From Lobosporangium transversale (taxonomy: Eukaryota), in NCBI RefSeq assembly GCF_002105155.1, contig NW_019028982.1, positions 372,001-436,000 on the forward strand: a stretch of DNA of 64,000 bases. Direction: 5' to 3'. The first letter of the stretch is position 1. Every line of letters starts with the position of its first letter. The notes beneath the pieces are model-generated. The model was not told where the DNA came from. It searched no databases and saw only the letters and a list, made by a program, of their open reading frames with translations. Positions 31,972 to 49,820 of this stretch are shown one piece after another. Made by a program: the position numbers and the translations under genes.

Positions 31972-34183
31972 ATGGAAGATATACCTCTGGAAGATGAGCC
32001 CTTTGGGCCTTTTGACGATTACGATGACAACTTTGACGATCATTTCATGCAACAGGTTGCTGCGAGAGAAACTAATGTGCAACATGAGGCAATTGGTACA
32101 GAGTCAATATCAACAGCGGCAGGATCAACGGTAACGAAAGTTGGAGTAGCCTCCCCAAACTCACATCCTTCCTCCTTTTCGTCTTCCAACGTGGATAAGT
32201 CTCCAAGTAACGACCATGATTCTGAATCTTTACCACAGCAAACCGACTTTTTGGGTATGTTGCAGACTCAGAAACGACAGGCTGAACGAGAGGCCCAGCA
32301 GCAACAACAACATCGACAACAGCAATATCAACAGCAAGAACGCAGTCAAGGACGACGTGATGGCCGTGGCGGCGGTCGAGCTAATGGATTTACAGGCGGT
32401 GATGCTGGTGATTTGGCCACTGTAAGCGTTACTAAGAAGAGGGCTAGACCGGTCAGACTAGATCACGAAAGGTAAAGCCTTAGAGCAATATATATATATA
32501 TATATATAAATATATAAATATAAATATAAATATAGGAGAAACAATTAACACTATGTTACTGGCCATTAATATCTTTACCTTTTTTTTTTTTTTTTTTGAC
32601 TATGATATCATATGAATAGGTTGTTGAGTGAAAAAGGCTTCCCGATGCTGTTGAACCATGCTAAGAGATTCAAGATTCGAACTAATTATAAGGATGCTGC
32701 TGAAAAAGACAATAATGCTGTATGTATAAACAAGTTTTTAGTATACTTTATTATTACTATTATTATTATTATTATATGAACAATTATGGGTCGTAGGATC
32801 GTAGGATCGTAGAGCGTACTTGCTTGAGTACCCAAACATCAAATATTGAAGAAAAAAGAAATTCTTTTATGCTTAAAAATAGATGAAAAACCTTGAGGAC
32901 TTGATGCGCGTGTATCAAATGTGGGCCCATAACTTGTTCCCAAAGGCGACGTTTAGAGATTTTATCATTACGGCGGAAGCAAGATGTAAATCGGAGAAAA
33001 TAATGAAAGTAAGGAAAAAAAAAAAAAAAGAGGTATAGCATTTTAAGCTATATCATTATGAAACGATGTGATGTTGATTGTTAAGGATATTATTTATGAA
33101 GAAAAAAAAAAAAAAAAAAAAAAAAAAAGTTGCTAACAATGCTTTTGATGCTGCCATGATCTTTATTTATGTTAGGCGACAATGGATGGTTGGCGTGATG
33201 CATACTGGAACAAACGATTTGAGGAATCAACGGCAAAAGAGGACGCGGAATATGCAGAGCAAAGAGCACAGACAAGTCGGGAGAGTGTTTGGAATGAACA
33301 CGAGATGGAAATGGCAAAATCTGCATCCATGCAGGACATGGACCGGGATCCTTTATCATCGATAAGCGAAATTGACAAAAGATCTCGGGATAATGAGACT
33401 TCTACCTCTTCATCCCATCTAAAATCAGTACAGATGCAGAAACAGCCGCGGCCGAGGCCGATAACCTCTCAAAAGGGGAAGGGAAAGGCTACTGACGATG
33501 TGTCAGCGGCGATGCATCTGACTGTGTCTGATGATGGAAGCGAAATTGAGGATGGTTACGAAGAAGCGTTACAGAGGATGAGGATTTCCATGGACTCGGG
33601 TCTTCAAAACAGCTCAAATGATTACAACGTATCTGCAGGGTCATCGAGTAGGCGCAGTTATTTGGGCAATCGAGAAGCAACTGCGCAGAAAGAAGGGGCT
33701 GGGCAAGCGCCTAGGCATGATTTTGAAGGAAATGAGGATGAAGGAGATGAAGATGAGGAAGATGAGCCACTATTTACACACCGTGCATTGCGCATGATGG
33801 GAAGCTCTATCAGTAATGATATTCTTGGCAAGGATGTACCCTCCCACACCATTACTACGCCGAAAGATGGGACTCAAATGAATCATGCATCCTCGGAAAA
33901 GTCAATAAAACCACCTCCCATAGAAGATAGCATGAATAGTATTTCGAATCCGGCTCAAGCTTTGGTCCAGTCAGACCCTGTACTAGCCAAAGATTTCGAT
34001 TTTGATGCAACATTACCACTTCCTCTTCCTGATGGCAACAGTCCGAGTATGGGTATCAGAATTAACAGACTGGGCCGGTTAGAAGATGGGGATGAGGATG
34101 AAGATGAAGAGGATACACTAGCACTGCGGAAACCAGTAAAGGGTAGACGTGCCATCATGCTAGATGACTCTGATGATGAATAG
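31972..34183 (+). CDS. CSM3: Replication fork protection subunit Csm3/Swi3/Tipin, 4 exons
   Basis: KKRARPVRLDHERLLSEKGFPML..RFKI..NLEDLMRVYQMWAHNLFPKATFRDFI Swi3 domain, with acidic disordered flanks. Confidence 0.85.
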
Positions 34184-34424
34184 GCCAAAAAAAAAAAAAA
34201 AAAAAAAAAAAAAAGCCATATTCATGTATACATACAAATGTCAATTGGGCTTTTTGAAGGAAGACAGCACACCATCTAGCCTATTGAAAACTAGTCGAAG
34301 CAGTTGTACAAGAAACAAAAAAATTTACTTTGCATAATTCTGTGGCTATTCGAATCATGGAAAAAAAAGGGAAAAAAAAAAAGGCAAAATACAATATAAT
34401 AACGACATCAATAATAATAAAAGT

Positions 34425-35477
34425 TTAAGGGATGGTAGCATAGCAGCATGTAATAGCAGTGCCAGCCTTGTGTTTTGTTTTATCGAGTCTCATCGGAGGT
34501 TCTCGCTGTACCATGAGAATGTCCAGTAGTTCCATTTGAACTTCGTCGTCCACGAGTGAGTCGCTGAGATAGAGTCTTTTGAGGTTTGGACAATGGCCGG
34601 GGTTAGAGAACAGGTCCATCAGCGCGTGATTATCAGGCCATTCGCTATCAACTGTAAGCTCTTCTAATCGTTCCAAAGCAAGTAGCATGGGGGTGTCGTT
34701 GATGTTATTGTAATCGTTACCGCTGCTATGATTGGTGCTTTCTTGTTGCCCTTTATCATCGTTTATCAAAAATGTATCGAGCCCCTGGATTCCTTTCAAT
34801 TCAAGCCTTTTCAGTGTCCTGCGATTGTTCCTCAAGACTATTAATAATCGAACATGAGCTACATCCCATGACTGTAATGTCATTTCTTCTAGTTGCTTTA
34901 GTCCCTTCATTTCCTCGATTTCCAGACCAGGCAGAAGGCCGCAATAAGGAGCTGTTCCTACCCATGTGAGACGCTTAAGAGTCGGATTGGACTGGACCAA
35001 TTGACATGATTGAGGACAGGTTCGATAGAGAGTTAGATCAATGAGCCGTCGACATTGGAATGGAGCAACATTGTTATAAGGTGTTAGGGTATCGTTTAAG
35101 AAGAATCGAATGTATGGGCTATGATCAAAGATGAGACGTGCAAGATCATTTGAGTATTTTTCTTGAGCTCGATGTCGCTGCTCTTGTTGCTGGTGGTTGA
35201 GTAGATAAAGAGTCCGGTTTGCTTTCCTCATCAGCATTGCTTCGCCATCGTAAACAGTCCATAAACAAGGATAAAAGATCTGGTACCAAAGCCGAGAAAC
35301 AAGGGCACAAGCTAATATGGTTCGAGGTGTAAAAAAAAAAGATGGCCTGGAGCGAGTGTAGTTATGATTGTTATTATTGCTGCTACTGATGGGTGTCCAA
35401 GCGGAAGAAGCAGTATAATAGCTAACACGGTCCAGAATCTCATGAAGAAGCAAAGGATTAGGTCTATGGAACTCCAT
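34425..35477 (-). CDS. Intronless F-box / LRR-like protein, 350 aa
   Basis: NPLLLHEILDRV...ILACALVSRLWYQIFYPCLW F-box; NPTLKRLTW, LKQLEEMTL, CPNLKRLYL repeats. Confidence 0.8.
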   Translation of the reverse strand: MEFHRPNPLLLHEILDRVSYYTASSAWTPISSSNNNNHNYTRSRPSFFFTPRTILACALVSRLWYQIFYPCLWTVYDGEAMLMRKANRTLYLLNHQQQEQRHRAQEKYSNDLARLIFDHSPYIRFFLNDTLTPYNNVAPFQCRRLIDLTLYRTCPQSCQLVQSNPTLKRLTWVGTAPYCGLLPGLEIEEMKGLKQLEEMTLQSWDVAHVRLLIVLRNNRRTLKRLELKGIQGLDTFLINDDKGQQESTNHSSGNDYNNINDTPMLLALERLEELTVDSEWPDNHALMDLFSNPGHCPNLKRLYLSDSLVDDEVQMELLDILMVQREPPMRLDKTKHKAGTAITCCYATIP

Positions 35478-35858
35478 TTTTTTTTTTTTTTTTTTTTTTT
35501 CTTAATAAAAGACAATGGATGCTGGGGTACCCGTGAAATAAATTTTAGAATTATGGTAAAGCAGAGATAGCAGAATAAAAAGCAACCACAGCGCCCTTTT
35601 TTATTTTCTTTGAAACTAAAGACATGGCTTTTAAGCCATATTGTCAAAGAGAGAAAGTTACAGTGCCACGAGAATTGAGATGCATTAACAACATGGTTTG
35701 GGCGCAATCTGGATAGGTGACGAGCTATCAGGGGATGGGCTGTGCAGTTTAAAGCATAGCTTTACTTGTTTCAGGAACTTTTTTTTTAATTTTTTTATTT
35801 ATTGCTCAAAGAGGAAAAAAGGGTTGTTCTTTATTTCTTGATAAGAATCATAAGATGA

Positions 35859-38236
35859 CTACTCATCTTTCTTCTCTTTATCCTTTCCCTTGGTCTTATC
35901 TGATCCTACTACCTCAAAGTTGCGTGTCATCAAGTTAAACATGGACCCGAAAAAGAGTGCAATGACTGTACATGTCAATGTAATCACATTATATGGCATC
36001 GAGAAATCGGGGGTCGGAAGACTTAATAACAAAGTTTCAGTGTAAATCCGAACCTTGTCTGTTTCATTATCATCATCATTACCCTCTTGTTGTTGTGTGC
36101 TCAAACGGCGACTCTGCACAAGACTAGCATCACGTCCTTGGTAAATCCTCAAGTGATCTACACTTCCATAGCCGATCTGTCCTTTTTGTCTCGCCAGCGG
36201 GACCGTGATCACTGCATAACCAATATCAAACCCACGGTTTGCATCTGGTGGATGCTCCGTGTACTTCAAGAATACTTTGTCAAACGAGATTGAGAACTTG
36301 ATCTTGGAATGTGAAGGAAGGTTCAAGGCTAGTTCCAATACTGCAGGCCTGGCGCGATCAACTGCCTGCTGATAGTACATCTTTTTGACGATATCTTTTA
36401 TAAAGACATAAAAGGAAGATTAGAGGAATGTCAAACCATGGGTTTACTTCAATTTTTTTTTTTTTTTTTTTTTTTTTACCTCGGTAGTTTTCAAGTAGTT
36501 GATCATTAAGATGAACAGTAAATGTGTGAAGGTATAGCTTAAGATACCATGGCAACGTATCCAACAGAACAGCTTCCACGTCCTGCGAATCGTTATTATA
36601 AATCTCAATCGAAAGTCCTCCACGCTCCTGACCATATCCTGTGAAGTATCTGTGAGCCACAATGCCAGGTGATATAGGTTGGACTATGGAGGGTTATGGC
36701 CGATGTTGAGCAACAAAAAAGAAAAATGAGCCACTAAGCAAAAGATTCCCTGTCTTTTTTTTTTTTTTTTTTTTTTAAATAGAGAGACATACCTGACTTG
36801 GGACGTGAACTCTCCCACTGCATTGAAAGTTTGAATGGTTCCGATGACGATGACGTGTCTCCACTATAAGCCTTTTTCAGATCATAGACAGCAATTTCTT
36901 GCTTATTTTCGTCAGATCCAATTGTATATCTCCCTTCAGGCAACATAGGCGTCAATTCATATTGCTTATCAAATTGAGTTGTCTGTGGTAAGTGAACAAT
37001 GATATTGGAGGTCGAAGCAAGAGGACAGGCCTGTGTGATCTCGCGTTCAAATAGCGATGACAGTGACCAGTCATAGCTGCCGTCTTGCCTTGCTACATCA
37101 AAAACTGTCGTGATTGTTTGTACCAATTCCAGACTTTTGACTTTGCATTTATCATCCTAGCAATGCATTATAAAAAAAAAAAAAATTAATAAACTATTAA
37201 AATGTCTGCAAACTTTATTAAAGCAATTTTTTTTCCTCATTTTACCTCGCACACAGGCCGAACATGGATTGCCATGGAATAAAACCGAGTATCAAACAAT
37301 TTGTGGGATTTGAGCAATGAGGCGATGCCGGATTTTGATTTGCAAGGTAGCAGTTTGATCCATGGTGTCAAATTTTCTGTGCATACATTTTCGTGTGGTA
37401 ATGATCCGTAGCGCAGTTTCCTTGGGGTCGTTGATGTAGTGTTTGACGGCGATAACTTTGAAGAATGGACATTATAGAGGCCTTCGTTCCTGAACGAAAG
37501 TTTGGGCTCGATACTGATTGTGTCATCAATAAAGTTCAAAGACGCACAAAACAATCCTGAGAGTGTGTTGGTCAATCCCCTCCAATTACCTTCGGCTCTA
37601 TATATTTAGAGAAGAAGCGTTAGTTTCAATGTTGGGACTCGGTCCTGCCCTACGCTAAGGTAGGAAGGGGGTTCAAATTTTTTTCCAAATCCACATTACT
37701 GTAATCTGTTGTTGTTCAACCATGCCCAAAGTTCGACGCCTGTGCCAACAGATGGTGCAAGAGGATATCCCCAATCGCTATATTGCCATCTCCCCTGTGT
37801 AAATGTTAGATGTAGTTCTTCCACTTCAAAGCTATGCAGAATCTGTCCGATCGATCGAGGAAATAAGTTGTAGTGGCTGACTAAATAACAGTGGTTAAAA
37901 AATCTTGCTTTAGATTCAATAATTCCAATGATAGAAGGAAAAAAAATAAAAAAGTGAATTCTCCCGCTTACAAAGATTAGAAGCAGCGCCATCGAAATGC
38001 TCTTCATCCATCATTGTTCCAATGTGTGTAGTGAACTGAAAATGACTATAAGCGCCGCCATCGTTCAAAGGTTTCAGAACAAGTTGCTCATGGAATGCCT
38101 CAGGAGCTTTAAGGATAGGCACCGTCTCCTTCACATGAAGTGCTTGTTGTGATGCATCTGCAATTGTTGATAATGAAGAAGCAATGCAGAGCAGTACTCC
38201 AGTTGATAGAAGCATTTGTCCTGAGATTGGGCGCAT
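35859..38236 (-). CDS. GPI16: GPI transamidase subunit Gpi16/PIG-T, multi-exon
   Basis: Signal peptide; FHEQLVLKPL; HYNLFPRSIGQIL; LHLTFTQGRW; LSGLFCASLNFID; LPHENVCTENLTPWIKLLPC; YTEHPPDANRGFDI; LPTPDFSMPYNVI + TM + KK tail. Confidence 0.95.
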
Positions 38237-39150
38237 ACTTTTGTTGCCAGTTTCCTAAGAATGAATGCTGGAAACAAAGATGAATTACAAAGTTGCTCTT
38301 CAAGACTGTTTTAAAAGCACGAGCAGATTTCCACGTCACAACATCAGCGTCCAAGCGACGCGAATGTAAATAACCATATCGGGCCGTGCATTTATTCATT
38401 TATTTCATCTTACTTCCCTAGAACTTCACAGGGGTTGTTAAGTCTAGCTTTTATTACTCCTCTGTTTTCTCCATAAGATAGTGTCTTTTCCTTCTGTAAA
38501 CTCTCGCTCAAAAGGATCTATTCTTTGCTAAAAGCCCAATATCAGTAATGATCCTTTGAGTACTCCGCAGCTCGTCATCCATCATAGCTTCCACAGGGTT
38601 GCCAGGTCGATCATCATGTAGAATTCTAATGGCCCAATGAAGAAGGAAATATGACTAAGTACTATGCATGTTATGACCCTTAAATCCTGAGACTCTAGTG
38701 TAAGGGCAGGGAGATCATGATGGCAATAATGGTACTGAAGAGAATGTGGAAATTGTATGGTAACGATACAAGAATGCGGTATAAGTAAGCAATTTGAATT
38801 ACTAGTTTAAATGCTTTCATGTTTTCAGTGCTTGGTCTTAAAAGTATTAACAGGAATCAGACTCAGTTTCCTGGTAGTGTAACAGGGTTCGTATGAGGAT
38901 GTAGGGAAGCTCATGGCGAAAGCAGCATGGGAGTGTAAGTTGTTCGAGCTGCTTCGACTACAACATCTAAAGCTCATGAAAATAAAGTTAAAGATGGGTT
39001 GAGTGTATAAATATGAAAAATTGAAAATGACTAAAAAAATGGGACCGTTGTGCTTATTTGTGGTATGCATGCCAGTGATTACATGTGCAATTTCTTTTTC
39101 ATAAACTAGCGTCACTTTGGCATCATCTCGATGCAGTGAATTGCACCCTC

Positions 39151-39183
<33 letters not shown>

Positions 39184-39787
39184 AAGATTTTGTTTGTTTG
39201 AGTTAAAGAAGCCTTGAGTTTATGATGAATAATTAGACACGAATTAGGCTCTGGGAATATTATTGTCACCAAGACTTTCTAGACAGCGCAAATCTTTTCT
39301 ACATTTCAATCAAAGAAAAGGTTTTCAACAAGGTTAGGGCCATGAATTTTGAACTGAGCGACTGGTTATCTCCAAATGGTATTTCATGTCTTACCAAACC
39401 TGTGGTACAGTAGTGTCAACAGAGAAATAAAATGCAAGCATGAAGAGATATGAGCAACTAAAAAAGAGCGCCGAGAGCGTTCGGTGTGAAGCCTAAATCA
39501 CCCACATGCTAATGTTTACTCCATTTGTTGATCCTACTGAGCTTACGGACAATAGGAGTTGCATCTATTTCAACCAACGCTTAGACTGACATTTAGAGGA
39601 ATGCAGGGGCATCTTACACATACAGAGTGGTAAAACACGATGTGAACATGTTGCGAACGAAGCAGCCAAGCGGCAGCAGTTAACGAAAGAAGTTTGCACC
39701 GCTTGTTGGTAAAGCGGGTGTTGAGGCTTTTAATTTATTTTCCCTTTAGATGTGCCCTTGCATCGTTTTGTTGCAGGCACCCTGGAT

Positions 39788-39823
<36 letters not shown>

Positions 39824-40610
39824 TATTTGCATGTTCTTACAAAAGCAAGGATGGAAAACTATTCTTCGTTAATTTGTTAGCACGCGCGTAACAGTCTTCC
39901 AAATGTCTTTGGTTTATATTTGTGGTTGATTGGCACTTTGCTCAAGAATTAAATTTGATCCGATATTGGGGGCGAGGAAAAGCAAAGAAAGAAAAACGGA
40001 AGGAATGAGAAATGATGATGTGTGTATAAAAAAAAAAAATAAAACCAGCGACGCGTATGGCAACAGGTTCAGATCAATCAGATCAGTCAGGGCAATGCAA
40101 TGTTTTCTTTCAAGACATGACAATATTACAGAGTCGTAGTCAAGGGAATATAAACAATGAAGTAGCCATGACCATGACCAGGACTGTATCTCGACCACTT
40201 GTGATCATTACCAGTCTTCCACATGTAAATATAGACATGACATGTTGTGTGCAACAAGCACAGTGGTGCAAACTGTTTAGTAACTGTTTTGCAACTGTTT
40301 AGTAGCTGTTGCAAACCATTTTAGTCTGGAGAAGAGGAGGAGAGAGTATTAATAGCTTAAGCGATGAATAAATGAATAAACGCTGACTTCATTTGCATTA
40401 TAATGTGTAATGTTAAGAGGCAATAAGCTTTGCGTACCTGTTTCTGTTTCTGTTTCTGTTTCTCAAAAATGTTGGTATTTTTCTGACCTGTGCCTGTCTC
40501 TGTGCTTCTCCCTCCACATCCTTTCCCTTCCCATCCTTGCTTCCTTTCCCCTCCCTTTCTTCCCCTTGCTCGTGTTTTCTTTTTTTTTCTTCTTTTTTTT
40601 TCTTCCTCGG

Positions 40611-40690
40611 TTCACTTCATTTCACTTCACTTCATTTCACTTCACTTCATTTCACTTCACTTCATTTCACTTCACTTCACTTCATTTCAT
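40611..40690. repeat. (TTCAY)16 pentamer microsatellite upstream of the chitin synthase
   Basis: ttcac/ttcat units read directly. Confidence 0.9.
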
Positions 40691-40967
40691 TACTTTTCAT
40701 CAGTCATCTCATTCCACTTGTTGCATTAGCACTTTTTTTATTTTATTTTATTTTATTTTTTGAAATAGATATCAGCTTACTATTTGTAGGCAGCATAGAC
40801 TCGAGCTTTGCTTCTTCTTTTTGCATTCAACCTTTTCTTTCTCTTCAATCTAATCCTTCATCTTCCTTTCCATGTAAACTCAACATCGTCCTTCCTCTTT
40901 CTCCTTCCTACCGAAAATAATTATTCTCTTTGTATTATATTTGCACAACTCTTAATATTACCATACC

Positions 40968-41044
40968 ATGGAAAATAACAGCACCAACAACCCACCACAA
41001 CCAGACAATGACAGGAGTAGTCATCCTATTCACAATGACCATTC

Positions 41045-41083
<39 letters not shown>

Positions 41084-43266
41084 GCAACATCCTTTACAAT
41101 CTCGCGTGAGTCGAAAACGGTCTTTAACCAAGCCAGAACGATATCGACCAAAACAAGGTATACTCAACCGTACACCCTCTCAAAAAGCACAGGATTCTTT
41201 ATCCTCAACCTTCGTTGACAAAAATGACTCCACCGGAAATCTACTCCAAGGTAGTGGTGAGTCCTCCTTGGCTGGTACCCTGACTCTGTCCTCTTCAGCT
41301 GCCGTTGTGGCCGCACAGGAGCAACAACAACAACGACTTCGTGTCCAACAAATGAATGCTCGGGCTCAGGGGCAAAATCAACAGCATCAACGCCCTCGAC
41401 CGCGTCGCATGTCGACTCTGCGTCGTTCAGGCAGTCAAAGAAATAACCCAGACACAGGAACAGGGGCAGGAACAACAGCAGATGTGCAGCGTCGTCCTTC
41501 TAAACCTACAAAGAAGAAAGTAATAGTTGAGAGAGAAATCGAGTTGACACCATGGGTGATTACCTCGAGAATCTTGACATGTTGTATCCCTTCGAGCATG
41601 CTTCGATGCTGCAACGGTAAAAGGTTCTCGAGGATCCAGGTGATCCAGGCTTGGCGCGAGAAAGTTTCGTTATGTATGATTATTTTCTTGATCTGTGGAT
41701 TGTTGGCCTTTGTGATCTTTGGCCTTCAGCCCGCTTTGTGTCCCGATGAGTCTCGTGTCGCCATGTCTTATTCAACACAGCCTACTAATGGAAAGCCAGC
41801 TGCGAAAGGTAAAAAAAAAAAAAAAAAAAAGAGCGGTTTGCCAAGCGAGGGGATGGGAAAGATCAAGGACATTGTCAGTTTTTTTTTTTTTTTTTTTTTT
41901 TTGGTCTGTTTGCTGAATAATTTACGCGCCTACAAATTAACACGCGGGATTGGAGCATGGGAATGAGACATCTGCAGTCTAGACAAAGCATGATCGTAGG
42001 AAGCGTGATTAAGGATGGGTTGGGAAAAAAAAAAAAAAAAAACGCGTGAATAAGACAGCCCAGGCACAGCTTGACTAGATCAACGATCGAAACAACATTA
42101 TTTGATGGATTGATATGACAGCGCACAGGTCGCCCCTGAAGCTTTGTGTGATTGAACAATTTTTCTTGAACAATTGGCATCTTTTTCTATCTGAGGTTAG
42201 AGCTGCGAATTTAAAAATAGAGATGACAAAGAAAGGCGTTCAATATTGGATATGTGTCGGTGCAGTGCTTTATGCTATAACAATGTATTGTGGTGAATCA
42301 GTGCTTATGAGTGATCAGAACCACTCTCATATACAACACACACACGTTCATCTTTTCATCGAAAAAGATATAGGCTGCCATACAATGCGTATAATATATA
42401 CGTGTTTTGCTGATGCTTGATTAATATAACTTCATCGGATGCAAAATGTTCCAGAGAAGGTGCTTACTTTGTCAGATAAATTTATTAAGAAGAGTGGAGA
42501 TCGTCATGATAGAAAGAAAAAGAATTTCATTTTTAAATTACTATCAGACAGCGAGCCCTTGTGTTTGTTTATTCTCCGTTTTCTTTCTTTTTTCTTCAAC
42601 GTCCAATTATTGATACACCGCGTGCGAACAGCCAGCCATGAAATTTGAATTTTGTCAAAAGCGGGCTCATACACTTTGTGACACATGCTGGAAGCGAACT
42701 GGACATGGGAAATTTGGGCAGGGAATCAAAATGAATTCAGAGCGCACAGGCAATATTACGGACACAACAGCCAGTGGTCACACAAGGCCACAGCAACTGG
42801 CCACTACTAATGCTTTACTCGATTGTTTTTTAATATCTTTCCTCAATTTAGAAAATTATATTGACTCTGTCATCATCCGAGGAAGTGCTTATCCATTTGA
42901 CCAGGTGCAACGGTTCCTCAACAGCAAGGGGGTCGCTATGTCTGTTGATTATCGTTCGCAGGATATAACAGAGCTCTTCTACGATAGCTCGATGCCCTGT
43001 GCAAGATTTCCAGGCGTTAATGTCACTAGAGATCAATGTGTCGTCCCAAACCCATATAAAAACACACCATTGGTTGCCAAGCCCTGTATAACGTACTCAG
43101 AGTTGGCCGCCTCAGGTATGCGATCAAAAGGCAAGCTGTCCTTCCTCTGGACTGACTTGAACGATTATAAAAGACGCGAGTTTGATAACGTCATCATCTA
43201 CGACGGCAAAAGTAAGTGCAAAGGATCAAATGAATCATTGAAGCCTAATTTCTCACGAGCATATAT

Positions 43267-43305
<39 letters not shown>

Positions 43306-46300
43306 AACTTAGTCTTTAATGTCTCAAGATTCATGGGATCAGATCAAGTATTGGGTCCGGAAATCCACAGTGTACTTCAAAGAAGCCTGCGCAAAGACTC
43401 ATCTCTACTTTTTCAAAGGACAGATAGCCGTAAGAGGGCTATCAACTGTTTAGCGGGGATGACAGAGGTTGGAGTCTTGGAGAACACAACAATGGGATGT
43501 TTTGCGGCCAAGGTGATCATGTTAACGACCTTGATTTGCGTCTGTATGGTGCTCGGAATCAAGTTCCTAATGGCGTTGACGTTCAGCTGGTTCCTGAGTT
43601 ATCGCTTGACAGAGAAGCCGAGGACAATCAAGAGCAAGAAACCTTCCCCAACGTCCAAACAAGAGAAGGATAATAACGATAAAGACATGGATGGTAGTGG
43701 ACTGGATTTGGCTCGTGCTGGAAAGAAATCAGCTGGTAGAAAGAATTTATACACAGTTATGTTGGTAACCTGTTATTCGGAAGGAGAAAGTTCAATCCGG
43801 ACAACATTAGACAGCTTAGTCAACACAAGTTATTCTGCGAAACACAAGTTGATGATGGTGATCTGTGATGGTATTGTCCGTGGACATGGTAACAAATTTA
43901 CAACACCAGATATTGTAGTCAACATGTTGGAGTTGGCACCGGGAAGCGAGAATCCGAAGCCTTGCAGTTATCTTGCAATTGCTGATGGTGAAAAACAGCA
44001 CAATATGGCGAAAGTTGTAAGTCAACAAGGACAGAAAAATGGGATTAATTGGAGCGTAATTCAGGGAGCTTTGCTGATTTTTTTTTTATTACTCTATTCT
44101 CTCTTGGGTCTTAAATGTTTACAATAGTATGCTGGCCATTATGTCTACAGAAAGAGACGCGTGCCTACTATGGTCATTGTCAAATGTGGCAACCCTCTGG
44201 AGAAGGATGCAAGCAAACCTGGAAATCGTGGAAAGCGTGATTCACAGCTGATTTTGATGTCATTCTTTCAGCGTGTACTCTTTGCAGATCGATTCACTGA
44301 GCTGGACTTTGAAATGTTTCACAAAATACATCGGTTAATGAACATTTGGCCGGATCGCTTTGAGCTCTGTCTGATGGTAGATGCGGATACGATGGTTAAG
44401 GGTGATTCCCTCAGCTATATGGTGACAGCGATGCAGAATGACCACACGATCATGGGGCTTTGTGGCGAAACCAAAATTGCTAACAAGACTGCTTCCTGGG
44501 TCACCGCCATCCAAGTGTTTGAGTACTATGTTTCACACCATCTTGGAAAGGCGTTTGAAAGCGTTTTTGGAGGAGTGACATGTTTACCTGGATGCTTTTG
44601 TATGTACAGGATAAAATCACCCAAAAATGAAGCCTGGGTACCGATCTTGGCGAACCCGGAAATAATTCAAGAGTACAATCAGAATATTGTGTCGACACTA
44701 CATCAAAAAAATCTGTTGTTGCTGGGAGAGGATCGATATCTGACCACATTAATGCTGAGGACTTTTCCGAAACGACAGATGGTATTCGTACCCCAAGCAC
44801 AATGCAAGACGGTGGTTCCAGATACATTCAGTGTTTTGTTGAGTCAGCGTCGACGATGGATTAACTCAACCATTCATAATCTATTGGAGCTAGTGCTGGT
44901 CACTGATCTCTGTGGAATTGCATTTCTCAGTATGCAATTCGTAGTTTTGCTGGAACTCGTTGGAACAGTCGTTCTCCCAGCAGCAGTCTGTAAGTGTTCA
45001 TTTCCTTGATTTGGCAGACCAGTGTTTGGACTATCACTTTTTAATTGATTTTCGCTAATATTTGTGATACTCATAATATAATTAGTGTTTACAATTGGTA
45101 TGATCGTCTTCGCCATTGTCAACCAGTCTCTTGCAGTTGTGCCGCTCATCCTCGTTGTCGTTATGTTCGGGTTACCCGCAGTGTTGATTGTACTGACATC
45201 ACGCAAGTGGATCTATGTCTTCTGGATGCTTAGTAAGTTGCTCATTCTATAATCACTCGGCCAATTTGTGCAATTGTTTTCTTATGAATCAATAGATTAC
45301 TGACTTTTTTTTTTTTTTTTTTTTTTTAGTTTATTTGATCTCGATCCCAATCTGGAACTTTGTTTTGCCTCTTTACTCGTTTTGGCATTTTGATGACTTT
45401 AGCTGGGGCGAAACCCGTAAGGTTGCGAATCAGAAACGCAAAGGAGGTGCGCAGGATCATGGCGATGCGGAAGGAGAATTTGAAAGTGGATCAATTATCA
45501 TGCGCAAATGGGAAGAATGGGAAAAGGAGCGACTTAAGGCGATGGGTTACAGGATTCAAAGACGTCACTCTGCAGATCGTGGAATCAATGACTTACCTCC
45601 ACCTGCCGCTAGTACATTGGATCTACCATCCTCAACAGCGCCTCGAAAGGCAAAATCTAACACAAATTTGAATAGGATCTTTGGTAGCAATAACAATAGC
45701 GCCAGTACGTTACCTATATCAAGACCGATGTCAAATCACCCAATGCAGCAGTCTGTACCCAACCTGGTAGCATCTCAACCGCAGCAGCAACAGCAACACT
45801 CACTACAACCTAGGCAATCAGTCCGTATGAGTAGGCCTAGACCTCTACCTCCCCATATGATGCCTCGCCCGCCACCAGGAATAGCTAAGGGAGGGGGAGT
45901 AGGTCCTGATAACCAGTCTTTTGAACTTGGACCCATGTCATCGACACCAGGGCCCTCCAGAGCATCCTATATACCCGCAGGACCGGGACTAGGCCGACCT
46001 GCCATTGGCTTGGAGGCGCGCAACTCGATCCATGGTGGCTCTGGGCCTGGATTCCGTCCTATGGGATCACCACGACCTGGCTCTATGCGACCCCCTTTTG
46101 GAGCCCCTGGAAACCCAGGTGTTGGCGGCCCATATGGCCGTCCTCCACCACATGGATTCTCTGGACCAATGGGTGGTCCAGGAGGGTTTGGAGGACCTGG
46201 ATCTGGGCTTCGACCACGCCCACCGCCCAACTTTTCGGGACCTCCTATGCATCATCCATCGCATCAGACTCCAAATCCCCAGCAGCAACAACAGCAGCAA

Positions 46301-46567
46301 CAACAACAGCATCAACAGCAAGGAAATCCCCAAAATGCACCCTTATACCCTCTTCCTCCACCTTCTCTTAATAATTCTTCATCGTCTTCTTCAACACCAC
46401 TGTCGTCACAGCAACTCTTGATTAATGATGATAGCAATGCCCCTATTGATACTATTAATAATGAAATAGAAGAAGCCAAGGATAGAGAAGGGAGTCACCA
46501 GCCGCAAACTGGGATCATGACAAGTGGGGACTTTTCTATACCTGCTTCGACCCAAGAACAGAAATAG
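40968..46567 (+). CDS. Chitin synthase, division 2 / class IV (Chs3-like), multi-exon, polyQ N-terminus and Pro/Gly-rich C-terminus
   Basis: [82 protein letters not shown]. No myosin head. Confidence 0.95.
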
Positions 46568-46708
46568 ATTGATTGAAATGAATAAATAAATATTAAATAA
46601 ATAAAGAAGCCTGAATTACTTCAATTGACGAAGAAAACCTTGGACGTTGGACATCATGTTAGATCTACATCCATTCCTACCTCTCTTATTTTGTGTTTTC
46701 TTGATTGA

Positions 46709-49820
<3,112 letters not shown>
